This document shows positions 1 to 7,958 of a stretch of 64,000 nt of DNA, piece by piece. The stretch's first letter is position 1; every line of letters starts with the position of its first letter. The translations under genes and the position numbers were made by a program. Under the pieces are notes generated by a model that was given only the letters and a program-made list of their open reading frames with translations, was not told where the DNA came from and made no database searches. The stretch is from Thermodesulfobacteriota bacterium (lineage in GTDB: Bacteria > Desulfobacterota > Desulfarculia > JACQYL01). The stretch lies in assembly GCA_963675595.2 (NCBI GenBank), contig CAXXLZ010000002.1, forward strand, positions 1,632,001-1,696,000, written 5' to 3'.

Positions 1-566
1 ATGAGATCATCCACAGTGATTCGAACCGTTTCGGTTTCTTCGGGCAGCTGTTTGACCTCGGTGACCTTGAGGCCTGCGTATTCCACCAGGTCTTCCAGGG
101 TCTTCACTTCCCGGCTCGGGAGCTGCGGGCTCTGAACAGGCACCGGGACTTCCTTCTTGGGCGGTTCGGGCAGTGCCGGAATCCGAGTATCGGGGAGATC
201 AGGCTGTTTGACTTGCCAGTCATAGGAGATGTCCGGAAGAGGCGGAAGAGGATCCTGAAGACCGCCGAATTCCACCGGAGCCGGCAGTTCGGCCTGCGGC
301 GAAATACTTTCCGCCATATCCAAATAAGGAACCTCTTTGTTCTCCATCCGAGCTTCAACGTTCTGTAGCAGCCAGTCCGCTGATGCGCCGAAGCGCATCA
401 TGGCTCTGTCTTCAGGACTGAGTTTGGATAGAAATTCATTCTTTTTTCTGTTGATTTCTTTGGCGGCTGCGACTGTAGCGCTCGACACCGCGCTTGCCGC
501 CTTTTTGACCTGCACTGCGATGTCGTTGAACGACACCGGGCTTTTCATGACCACTGCTCTGCTCAT
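1..566 (-). CDS. Hypothetical Pro-rich protein (partial, runs off left edge)
   Basis: Not in ORF track. ATG at 566 overlaps the stop of the upstream gene (ATGA); frame is open to position 1: MSRAVVMKSPVSFNDIAVQVKK...LPPLPDISYDWQVKQPDLPDTRIPALPEPPKKEVPVP... Confidence 0.8.
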   Translation of the reverse strand, partial: MSRAVVMKSPVSFNDIAVQVKKAASAVSSATVAAAKEINRKKNEFLSKLSPEDRAMMRFGASADWLLQNVEARMENKEVPYLDMAESISPQAELPAPVEFGGLQDPLPPLPDISYDWQVKQPDLPDTRIPALPEPPKKEVPVPVQSPQLPSREVKTLEDLVEYAGLKVTEVKQLPEETETVRITVDDL

Positions 567-2200
567 GGTTCAATCCTCCTGTCGGCGGAAAACGAGATCA
601 GAGTTGCCTTGCTTTCCTTGAAGAACGCAGCCCAGAAGTCTCTCAGGCTTCTCCAGTAGGCTGCGTCCTTGTCGGCCGTGTGTACGCCGAGGCACCGAAC
701 ACTCACCCCCGGAAGTGACGGAACAAGCCCTAACTGGTGTAATCGTTCCAGCCAGTATTCGGTCTTGATGAGGGGCGGTTTCTCGAAATTGTCGCCCTGG
801 GCGCATTGGCGCATATCGCTGAAGATGATCAGGCGCTTGGGTTCTTTGCTCTGAGAGAAGTAGAGTTCCGCCAGGTTCACTGCGCCGAGGATGTCCGTGG
901 AATCCTCTGTGGGTTCCAAATGAAGCTCTTCTATGCGATGGATCACCTCCAATCTTTTCTTGTTGATGACTTCTCCGAAGTACCCGGTGCGGCTCGGCAT
1001 CAGAGCTTCGAGGAGCACGTAGGGCCTGCTGAAGGAATCGCCGGTTATCGCGATGATTCGGAGGAAGTCACCAGGTTGGGTTTGGGTTTTCACGTAATCC
1101 CTCATTCCCTCCAGGTTCTTCTGAAACTCGGTGTCTACACCGCGGTAGCCGGTAGCGATCTGGCTTTTGGAAAGGTCCAAAAGGACGATGTGTTCGTCGG
1201 CAAAAGCGTTGCTTTTCAGGAACAGGAAGACGAGGATTGCTGCGAGGATGATGATCAGAGGCAAGAGAGGGATCAGCTTATCTCCGAAGGATTTGAAGCC
1301 GGAACCTTCGGTAATTCCCGAGAATCCTCCCATGTCCGTCTGCCGGGATTTTCTTGATTCCTCTGCGAGGAGCCCTTCCTCGAAATCCGCGTCAAAGGAG
1401 AACTCTTCACCATTTTGATCGATGACTTGATTTTGATAGCTTTCCTGTCGTCGTCTCTCCTTTTCGATTTTCGAGTGAATTCGCCAAACAGACAGGGCCT
1501 GGGGAATCCTGTGTTTGATGTCGTGATAGGTGCAGCCTGCGATGAGCATAAAGGCCATGGTGAGGGATCCCATGAGGAGCATGAAGGACTGGTTGTTGCC
1601 TGAGAAGAATTGCTGCGCGGCTTCAATGGAGGCGCTTAGGGAATCCGCATCCTGAATCTGGGAAAGGGCGGGCATCAGGTCAGCTCGGATGTTTCCGCCG
1701 ACCACGATCATGAAACACACGCAGAAGAGCGTGAAACAGAAAATGCCCAGGAGGGTTTTGTTGGTGTGTTGAGGGTAGCTCGCCCGATGCCATTTAAGGA
1801 ATCGATCCACGGTCTCCGTTGAAACGATCATCATGGCCAGAGCCACCCCCCACTCCGCCCAATCGCTTCCGATCCCAAACTGTTCGATCATCCATTTCAT
1901 GAAGACCAGTTCGCCGACCCCGCACAGAGCGAGGGCGCAAGCCTCAAGAAGGGCAATCACCAGAAGAACGATCGCCCCGCGAACTGAAAGATTTCCCATG
2001 GATGTTAGTTCCGCCATCAGCCTGCCCTCCTTTTCGTTTGAAACGTCGTAACCGGCTTGAAGCCGTTGGAGGTTTGCGTGTCTACGGGCTTCATGCTTTG
2101 CTTTGTGAAGGTTCTTGTAGTTTTCCCGTTCCTCGGGCGGTAATTGCGCCGCCATCCTTCCCTGCTCGAATGCGTTTACTTCGCGTTTCGTCCCTCGCAT
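563..2200 (-). CDS. Multi-pass membrane protein with coiled coil and C-terminal VWA-like domain
   Basis: 545 aa; several hydrophobic segments; MIDAS-like VLLDLSKS, then TDILGAV and LIIFSDM; SD AGGAGG upstream. Confidence 0.75.
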   Translation of the reverse strand: MRGTKREVNAFEQGRMAAQLPPEERENYKNLHKAKHEARRHANLQRLQAGYDVSNEKEGRLMAELTSMGNLSVRGAIVLLVIALLEACALALCGVGELVFMKWMIEQFGIGSDWAEWGVALAMMIVSTETVDRFLKWHRASYPQHTNKTLLGIFCFTLFCVCFMIVVGGNIRADLMPALSQIQDADSLSASIEAAQQFFSGNNQSFMLLMGSLTMAFMLIAGCTYHDIKHRIPQALSVWRIHSKIEKERRRQESYQNQVIDQNGEEFSFDADFEEGLLAEESRKSRQTDMGGFSGITEGSGFKSFGDKLIPLLPLIIILAAILVFLFLKSNAFADEHIVLLDLSKSQIATGYRGVDTEFQKNLEGMRDYVKTQTQPGDFLRIIAITGDSFSRPYVLLEALMPSRTGYFGEVINKKRLEVIHRIEELHLEPTEDSTDILGAVNLAELYFSQSKEPKRLIIFSDMRQCAQGDNFEKPPLIKTEYWLERLHQLGLVPSLPGVSVRCLGVHTADKDAAYWRSLRDFWAAFFKESKATLISFSADRRIEP

Positions 2201-2350
2201 AAGTCCTCCTCCTTTACCCCTACCGTCCCAAACTTCCGAGGTGTCGGTCAGGGTTCTTCGCCTCTTTTCTTCGTCTCTGAAAGGAACTATCCGGATTCGA
2301 GTGACTGCGTGTCGGCGGCTCCGCTTTTTTTCACTCCCAAGTGGCGAAAG

Positions 2351-2368
2351 ACCGAAAGCTTTAAATAG
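2351..2368 (+). promoter_or_regulatory. Archaeal-type BRE-TATA-like motif
   Basis: ACCGAAAGCTTTAAATAG; TATA starts at 2360, 30 nt before the SD-less ATG at 2390. Confidence 0.55.
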
Positions 2369-2389
2369 CCGGGCGCATTCCCACTACTC

Positions 2390-2875
2390 ATGAATGGCGA
2401 CATTTCAAACCGGATGTATTCGTACGGTCCGATTGCCGGATCGAACTACTTACTCAATGAATCCTATCTGGGAACAGTCGGGGTCATGCGCACCGAACGG
2501 GATGTTTCTTCTACAGAGAATTCCACCGTCGCGCTGATGCTCGATTCCAAGGTCGACCGGTCGGATCGAAGGATCGAGGCGGTCATCGAGGCCATGGAAA
2601 AGCGAAGGCTGATCAAAGAGGAAAACCTCTCCGGCATCGAGCAGGATATTTGCACCTGCCGGAACCTCATTTTCGAGATGGGCTACAAGGTCTATCGAAG
2701 GGACAGGGACTGGATCGCGTTGGAGACCCGACAGATCGATCTTGAACGGGACCGGAGAATGGAACTTGCCGCCTATTTCAGGGACATTCTGCTTTTAGGA
2801 AAGGAACTCAGGGATACCGTGGAGTACCGGAGGTCGATAGAGGACAAGACCAAGCTGCTGGGGGGGATAAGCTGA
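2390..2875 (+). CDS. Hypothetical coiled-coil protein
   Basis: 161 aa ORF; first gene of a tightly coupled operon. Confidence 0.75.
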   Translation: MNGDISNRMYSYGPIAGSNYLLNESYLGTVGVMRTERDVSSTENSTVALMLDSKVDRSDRRIEAVIEAMEKRRLIKEENLSGIEQDICTCRNLIFEMGYKVYRRDRDWIALETRQIDLERDRRMELAAYFRDILLLGKELRDTVEYRRSIEDKTKLLGGIS

Positions 2876-2877
2876 AA

Positions 2878-3039
2878 ATGAAATACCACTACAAAGACAT
2901 CACCATGACGGACGTGGAGAAGCTCTACGAGGTGCCGGGGGCTTTTGCTCTCGCCATGGAAAAACATCAACTGGAAAAAGTGATCGTGTATTTTGTTCGG
3001 GAAATGCAGGTGCGGAGCCGTTTTGACCGATCAAAATGA
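2878..3039 (+). CDS. Small hypothetical protein (53 aa)
   Basis: MKYHYKDITMTDVEKLYEVPG...RFDRSK; fills the gap exactly and its stop overlaps the next ATG (ATGA). Confidence 0.6.
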   Translation: MKYHYKDITMTDVEKLYEVPGAFALAMEKHQLEKVIVYFVREMQVRSRFDRSK

Positions 3040-3806
3040 CCTTCAAACGAATGCTGAGCCCGTCGGCCATTCTGGCCTACAAACGGGATGAGAAATTCCG
3101 GTGGGGATGCCCGAGAAAATTCTATCTGAGATACATCAGGAAACTGAAGACCAAACCCAAGATGTGCTTCATCGTGGGGCAGGTGGTTCACCAGGCAGCG
3201 GAAGCCTTTGTACGGGATTACAAAGCCGAACATTTGGAGCAGCCTTATGCGGATGCGCGAAAGCGCATATTGGACAGGGTGGATTTCCTATGGAACTCGA
3301 GAATTCTCGAGATTCGGAAGCTCTCCGGCGGTCGGGACGAAGCAGAGACCCAACTTGTTGAGGCTCGAAAGATGGCTTTGAACTGGCTTCACCAGTTTAT
3401 CCGAGAAGTAAGCAGAGGAAGAAGCCCGCCTGAGCCGGAAAAACGGCTATTGAGTCAACTTCATGGTGCCCAAGGTATCGTGGATGCCCGCTATTCTCGA
3501 GAATTCATCGAGATCAGGGATTATAAGACTTCGAAATATCAAGACATTACCCCCGACATCAAACTCCAGCTTGCGATCTATGCCCTCCTCGAGCAGGAAG
3601 TGCACGGAAAACTTCCCGATCGAGTCTCAGTCCATTTCCTGAAATTCCCATCCTCCAAAGACAATCCCAAAATTTTCAAGCCTACCCAAGAACTCGTGGA
3701 TTGGGCTGCGGAAGAAATCCGCCGAATGCACGAGCTGACCGAGTCGGAGCATGAAGAGGACTACCCCTGTCTATGCGGTGGATGGTGTGAGAGGGAATTT
3801 CAATGA
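3036..3806 (+). CDS. PD-(D/E)XK nuclease, RecB/Cas4-like family
   Basis: LSPS..GCPRKFYLRY, GQVVH, GIVD..IRDYKT, QLAIYA, C-terminal CLCGGWC (Fe-S staple-like Cys pattern). Confidence 0.85.
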   Translation: MTFKRMLSPSAILAYKRDEKFRWGCPRKFYLRYIRKLKTKPKMCFIVGQVVHQAAEAFVRDYKAEHLEQPYADARKRILDRVDFLWNSRILEIRKLSGGRDEAETQLVEARKMALNWLHQFIREVSRGRSPPEPEKRLLSQLHGAQGIVDARYSREFIEIRDYKTSKYQDITPDIKLQLAIYALLEQEVHGKLPDRVSVHFLKFPSSKDNPKIFKPTQELVDWAAEEIRRMHELTESEHEEDYPCLCGGWCEREFQ

Positions 3807-5749
3807 TCGTAACTGTTGCCGAAAAACTGAGACGGCTCGAGCCCTTCGTCTCTTCAGGAGAACTTCGGGCTCTGTGGTCGCTTTATCAGATAGAGGAGAA
3901 TCCGAGAGCCAAGAGGGAGATCGAATCCATGGTCGATTACATGCTCCTGCAGCATACGGGAGTGGCGTTCGAGAACGCCGTTATGCTGCCGCCGCCTGGG
4001 GAAGATGAAGCGGCCGGGGAATTGCAGCTCGGACACGTCTCCTATTGCGGCAAGAAGCTCTATCCTTTCGGTCTCAGAAAGGACGAGTTGATTCGCCATG
4101 TGGGACTTTTCGGGCAGACCGGTTCCGGAAAAACTACCGCTTGCATGAATCTTCTGGGAGAGTTCGTCAAGGCGAAGATTCCGTTTCTGATCTTCGACTG
4201 GAAACGAAACTACCGGGACCTTTTGACACATCCCGACTTCCGAAACGAGGACATCCTGATCTTTACCGTGGGAAGGGAGGTCAGCCCTTTCCGTTTCAAT
4301 CCAAAGATTCCTCCGCCCGGAGTGGAGTCTCCCATCTGGTCGAAGAAGCTGATGGAGATCATCGAGAAGGCTTATCTCTTAGGGCCCGGTGCGTCGGACG
4401 TTTTGATGGACGCCATGAGCCTGCCCGACTTCGCGGAAATGAAGCGCTATATCGACAAGCAAAACCGCCGAGGCAGAGAAATGCTTTGGCTGAGTTCGGC
4501 CAAGCGAACCCTGAACAGTCTCACCTTCCCGGGCTTGAATGAAGTCCTAAATTCTCATTCCCAAATTCCCATCGAAGAGTTGCTCCGAAAAAACGTGATC
4601 CTGGAATTGGACGGTCTTTCGGATTCGGACAAGACCTTCATCATCGGAAGCCTGCTCCTATGGATCTACTTCTACCGAATGCAGGAGCCGGAAAGGGAGA
4701 TTCTGAAGCACATGATCGTCATCGAGGAAGCGCATCATCTGCTTCTTCGAACGAGCAAGGAAGAGGATATCACGGACGTCATGATGAGGGAGATCAGGGA
4801 ACTCGGGGAAGGCATCGTGATCCTCGATCAGCATCCCCACAAAGTCTCAGTCTCAGCCCTTGGGAATGTCTACACCCGGATCGGCTTTCAAACCTCTCTG
4901 TCTCAAGATTTCTCGAGTTTGAGCCGTTCCCAGCTCATTCCCATTGGGAATGAGGCCTACTACGGCATGCTCAAGGTGGGAGAGGCCATTGTGAAGACCG
5001 GAAGGGTCCCGTTTCCGTTCCTGATAACGGTGCCGGAATTCAAAATCGACAAGGGAATGGTACGGGATAAACTCATCCAAGACAGGATAAACTCTCTTAC
5101 AGTTAATGAATATCATGATCATGGTTTTCCGCAAGAAAACACGTCGTTTAGGATGATTTCAAACTCGGAAACACTCTCCCCCGTGGAGCGGATTTTGTTG
5201 GAAGACATCGCGCTTCATCCTTTTGACGGAGTTCAGAAACGTTACAAGAAGCTCGGAATGAACCCTCGGGAGGGAACTCTCTGCCTGGAAGATCTCATCA
5301 CGAAAGGCCTGCTCAAAGAAGTCCTTGTGGATCGAAACCGGCTCTTTGAATTGACGCCGCAGGCTGTGGAGCACCTCCACAGAGAAGGCCTGAAACTCGA
5401 GAATTCTCGAGTTCGGGGCGGTTTGGAGCACAACTTCTGGGTCGAAAGAATAAGAGTGGCGCTCGCCGGTCAATGCCGAGTGTTGCTGGAAAAGGACAAC
5501 CTGGACCTCGTGGCGGACTGGAACGGTGGTTTGGCGGTTCAGGTCGAGACCGGCAAATCGGACATCAGGAAGAACATCGAGACCCTCTCGAACCACGCCT
5601 CCATTCAGAAGTTCATGATCGCGACAAACCCCGAAGCCCTCACCAAGATCCAATCACTCCTAGCGGTCGAAGGCATTCAAGCCTACCTCGCCAAAGATTT
5701 CATCGAAAAGATCATCCCCATCCTACTCACCGAAAAAGCGGAGCGTTAA
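3803..5749 (+). CDS. HerA/FtsK-superfamily ATPase (DUF87-like) with C-terminal wHTH and nuclease-like region
   Basis: RHVGLFGQTGSGKT Walker A, IFDWK, IVIEEAHHL Walker B, REIRELGEG..LDQHP; C-terminal DLV..AVQVETGKS. Confidence 0.85.
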   Translation: MIVTVAEKLRRLEPFVSSGELRALWSLYQIEENPRAKREIESMVDYMLLQHTGVAFENAVMLPPPGEDEAAGELQLGHVSYCGKKLYPFGLRKDELIRHVGLFGQTGSGKTTACMNLLGEFVKAKIPFLIFDWKRNYRDLLTHPDFRNEDILIFTVGREVSPFRFNPKIPPPGVESPIWSKKLMEIIEKAYLLGPGASDVLMDAMSLPDFAEMKRYIDKQNRRGREMLWLSSAKRTLNSLTFPGLNEVLNSHSQIPIEELLRKNVILELDGLSDSDKTFIIGSLLLWIYFYRMQEPEREILKHMIVIEEAHHLLLRTSKEEDITDVMMREIRELGEGIVILDQHPHKVSVSALGNVYTRIGFQTSLSQDFSSLSRSQLIPIGNEAYYGMLKVGEAIVKTGRVPFPFLITVPEFKIDKGMVRDKLIQDRINSLTVNEYHDHGFPQENTSFRMISNSETLSPVERILLEDIALHPFDGVQKRYKKLGMNPREGTLCLEDLITKGLLKEVLVDRNRLFELTPQAVEHLHREGLKLENSRVRGGLEHNFWVERIRVALAGQCRVLLEKDNLDLVADWNGGLAVQVETGKSDIRKNIETLSNHASIQKFMIATNPEALTKIQSLLAVEGIQAYLAKDFIEKIIPILLTEKAER

Positions 5750-5958
5750 GCGGATATCCCACGCAGCATCAGGCGCTTAACAAACCGTATCACCAATGCG
5801 GGTTTCCCCGGACCACCAATAGCGACTTTGTCGGGTGAAGCCTGTACCCACCGTTTTGCAGCGTGTCGTCCTTGAGGACGGCCCGCGTTCTTTCTTTAGC
5901 GAAAGCTCCGACACGCGAAATCAACAACCCGGATATTGATAAACAAAGGAGGTGACCA

Positions 5959-6258
5959 ATGGAAGCGTCCCCCCGCCTTCGGTCCGTTCTTACGGGGCTG
6001 AGGGAGGATTGGCGGGAAGCGGTGCAGACGGTCCAGCCGTGCCATCAATTCGGAGCGGAGCTGTTACTCGGCCTGATCGGCCTGCATCTCGAAGCAAAGG
6101 AAATCTTCAAAACCAATGAGTTACTCAAGAGAAAGGAGCTGTTGGATGAATTCTATGATCACCAAAAAACCGTCAGGAACGCAATCGGTTACCTCGGAAG
6201 TGAAGGAGCCGAGGAAACCGCCCCCGATCAGGATCGAGCGATGTCCGGACTGTGGTGA
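5959..6258 (+). CDS. Hypothetical protein
   Basis: 99 aa; strong SD AAGGAGGTGA. Confidence 0.7.
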   Translation: MEASPRLRSVLTGLREDWREAVQTVQPCHQFGAELLLGLIGLHLEAKEIFKTNELLKRKELLDEFYDHQKTVRNAIGYLGSEGAEETAPDQDRAMSGLW

Positions 6259-6319
6259 AATTCTTTACCGCGACGGAGGATGTCCGCTGTGCATCCGCTG
6301 CGGATGGAGCGGCTGTTAG
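6200..6319 (+). CDS. Possible small Zn-ribbon protein
   Basis: CPDCGEILYRDGGCPLCIRCGWSGC; overlaps the previous ORF; start uncertain (GTG 6200 or ATG 6116). Confidence 0.4.
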   Translation: MKEPRKPPPIRIERCPDCGEILYRDGGCPLCIRCGWSGC

Positions 6320-6351
6320 AGCATCATATCAACGAAAGAGGAGGAACGATC

Positions 6352-6609
6352 ATGAGTGAGAGCAACAAACCGGTGAGGAAGTATCGGGCAAACGGAGTCG
6401 TCGTCAGTGTTTGGGAAAACGACGGCGCAAAAGGAAACTACCATACCTTCAGTCTGCAACGCGTGTTCAAGGACGCCGACGGCAACTGGAAGACCTCGCC
6501 CAATCTTCGGGCGGGTGATCTCCCTACCGCCGCGGAATTGTTTCGGCAGGCATTCCTGGACTTCGGCATCAAGTCGATGGGCCAGGCAGGAGAAGACATT
6601 CCGTTTTAG
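6352..6609 (+). CDS. Putative PC4/Whirly-like ssDNA-binding protein with SSB-type acidic tail
   Basis: SD GAGGAGG; VSVWEN..YHTFSLQRVFKDADGNWKTS..LRAGDLP; ends GEDIPF. Confidence 0.7.
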   Translation: MSESNKPVRKYRANGVVVSVWENDGAKGNYHTFSLQRVFKDADGNWKTSPNLRAGDLPTAAELFRQAFLDFGIKSMGQAGEDIPF

Positions 6610-6681
6610 GGAAACATCAAGTTCACGGGCTGTCCGAGCATTGTGGACAGCCCCAATCAAGGGTTTTCCAGGGAGGTTTCT

Positions 6682-7137
6682 ATGATGAAGGAAAGAATCG
6701 ATATCGTGAGTGTCAAAATGGTCAGGGACGGCTCGATCCCCTATGGGAAGAAGCCCATAAGAGGGCCGCAGGACTTGGCTGAACTCGGCATGAAGTTCAT
6801 GGGAAACGCGGACCGGGAGATGTTTCTTCTGGTCTGCCTGAACGTCAAGAACTACGTGAACTGTATCCATCTGGTAAGCGTGGGAACCTTGAGCCAGACC
6901 ATTCTGTCCGTACGGGAAATCTTCAAGACCGTTTTCCTGAGCAATTCCGCTAAAGTGGCGTTCATCCATAATCATCCCAGCGGATGTCCGGAACCCAGCG
7001 CCGAAGATATCGCGATCACTGAGAAACTCACCCGGTGTGCCGAGCTCTTCGATGTCGGGGTGGTGGATCATGTGGTCGTGGGCGATGAAGGCCGCTTTGA
7101 AAGTCTGTCCGAGCGGGGCGTCATCAAGACTCATTGA
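6682..7137 (+). CDS. radC: RadC-like JAB domain protein
   Basis: DREMFLLVCLN, SVGTL, VREIFK, HNHPSGCPEPSAED, DHVVVG; SD GGGAGG. Confidence 0.9.
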   Translation: MMKERIDIVSVKMVRDGSIPYGKKPIRGPQDLAELGMKFMGNADREMFLLVCLNVKNYVNCIHLVSVGTLSQTILSVREIFKTVFLSNSAKVAFIHNHPSGCPEPSAEDIAITEKLTRCAELFDVGVVDHVVVGDEGRFESLSERGVIKTH

Positions 7138-7218
7138 TCATACATACTGGAATTAGTGTCGACCTAACGAGGCGGGAACCATGGAGTTCCAGGCCTTTTT
7201 TTGTTTCAGGAGGAAGAA

Positions 7219-7500
7219 ATGGATCATGCGCTTTACGTGAATGTTGAAGAGAAGCAGTGCCCGGAGTGCAACGGAATCCTCCAGGTGTTCGATGAATGGG
7301 AAATCTGTGAGAGCTGCGGCCGCAGTTGTTTCAACCGGAAGAAGATGATCCTGAAGCCCTGCAGGGATCGGCCCGAGCCGGCAACGTGCGGACGCTGCGG
7401 AAACATCTACCGAATCGAGTGGCTCTTTTTGGGGCTCGATTACAACGACTTCGGCGACAGATTTTGCCCCTACTGCGGACATCACACGAGCTTGTTTTAG
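7219..7500 (+). CDS. Cys-rich Zn-finger hypothetical protein
   Basis: CPEC, CESC, CGRC, CPYC; SD AGGAGG. Confidence 0.7.
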   Translation: MDHALYVNVEEKQCPECNGILQVFDEWEICESCGRSCFNRKKMILKPCRDRPEPATCGRCGNIYRIEWLFLGLDYNDFGDRFCPYCGHHTSLF

Positions 7501-7510
7501 GAGGAGGGTC

Positions 7511-7699
7511 ATGCGGATTCAGTGCCGGTTTTGCGGCAGTGAGTACTTCCTTCAAGTTTTCATCGAAGGAAGGGAGTTTCCCTATCTCGATCAGTGCCGC
7601 TGCGTATTCTGTGGCGGAGAATTGGAAAAGCGGGAGGTGATTTACCATGTGGAACATACCGACGAAAGAGGAATTGGACAGGCTTCCGAGGCTCTATGA
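7511..7699 (+). CDS. Small Zn-ribbon protein
   Basis: CRFC...CVFC; SD AGGAGG; 3' end overlaps the next gene. Confidence 0.55.
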   Translation: MRIQCRFCGSEYFLQVFIEGREFPYLDQCRCVFCGGELEKREVIYHVEHTDERGIGQASEAL

Positions 7700-7958
7700 G
7701 ACCGAGGGAACGCCCATTGAAGAGAAGTTGGTCAGGCTGCATTTTTTCCTTGGAGCCTTTGACTGGTACATCGTGGAATACGACGGAGAAGACCTGTTCT
7801 GGGGCTATGCGATCCTGGGTGACCCGGAAATGGCTGAGTGGGGCTATATCTCCTTCAGCGAACTTCGAAAGTTGAAGGTGAGGCCGGGATTCGAAGTGGA
7901 TCGCGACCTCTATTGGGAGCCCAGGAAGGTCAAGCTGATCTTTGACAGTTCAAAATAA
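7647..7958 (+). CDS. DUF2958-like protein; last ~10 codons displaced by IS1634
   Basis: LPRLYETE, LHFF..DWYIVEYD, EWGYISFSEL, EVDRDLYW; original C-terminus DVNKIRLRK* lies at 9771-9800. Confidence 0.8.
   Translation: MWNIPTKEELDRLPRLYETEGTPIEEKLVRLHFFLGAFDWYIVEYDGEDLFWGYAILGDPEMAEWGYISFSELRKLKVRPGFEVDRDLYWEPRKVKLIFDSSK

Noticed and set aside
3036-3806. Cas4-like nuclease as evidence of a CRISPR-Cas locus
   Set aside because: No repeat-spacer array or other cas genes are seen in the window
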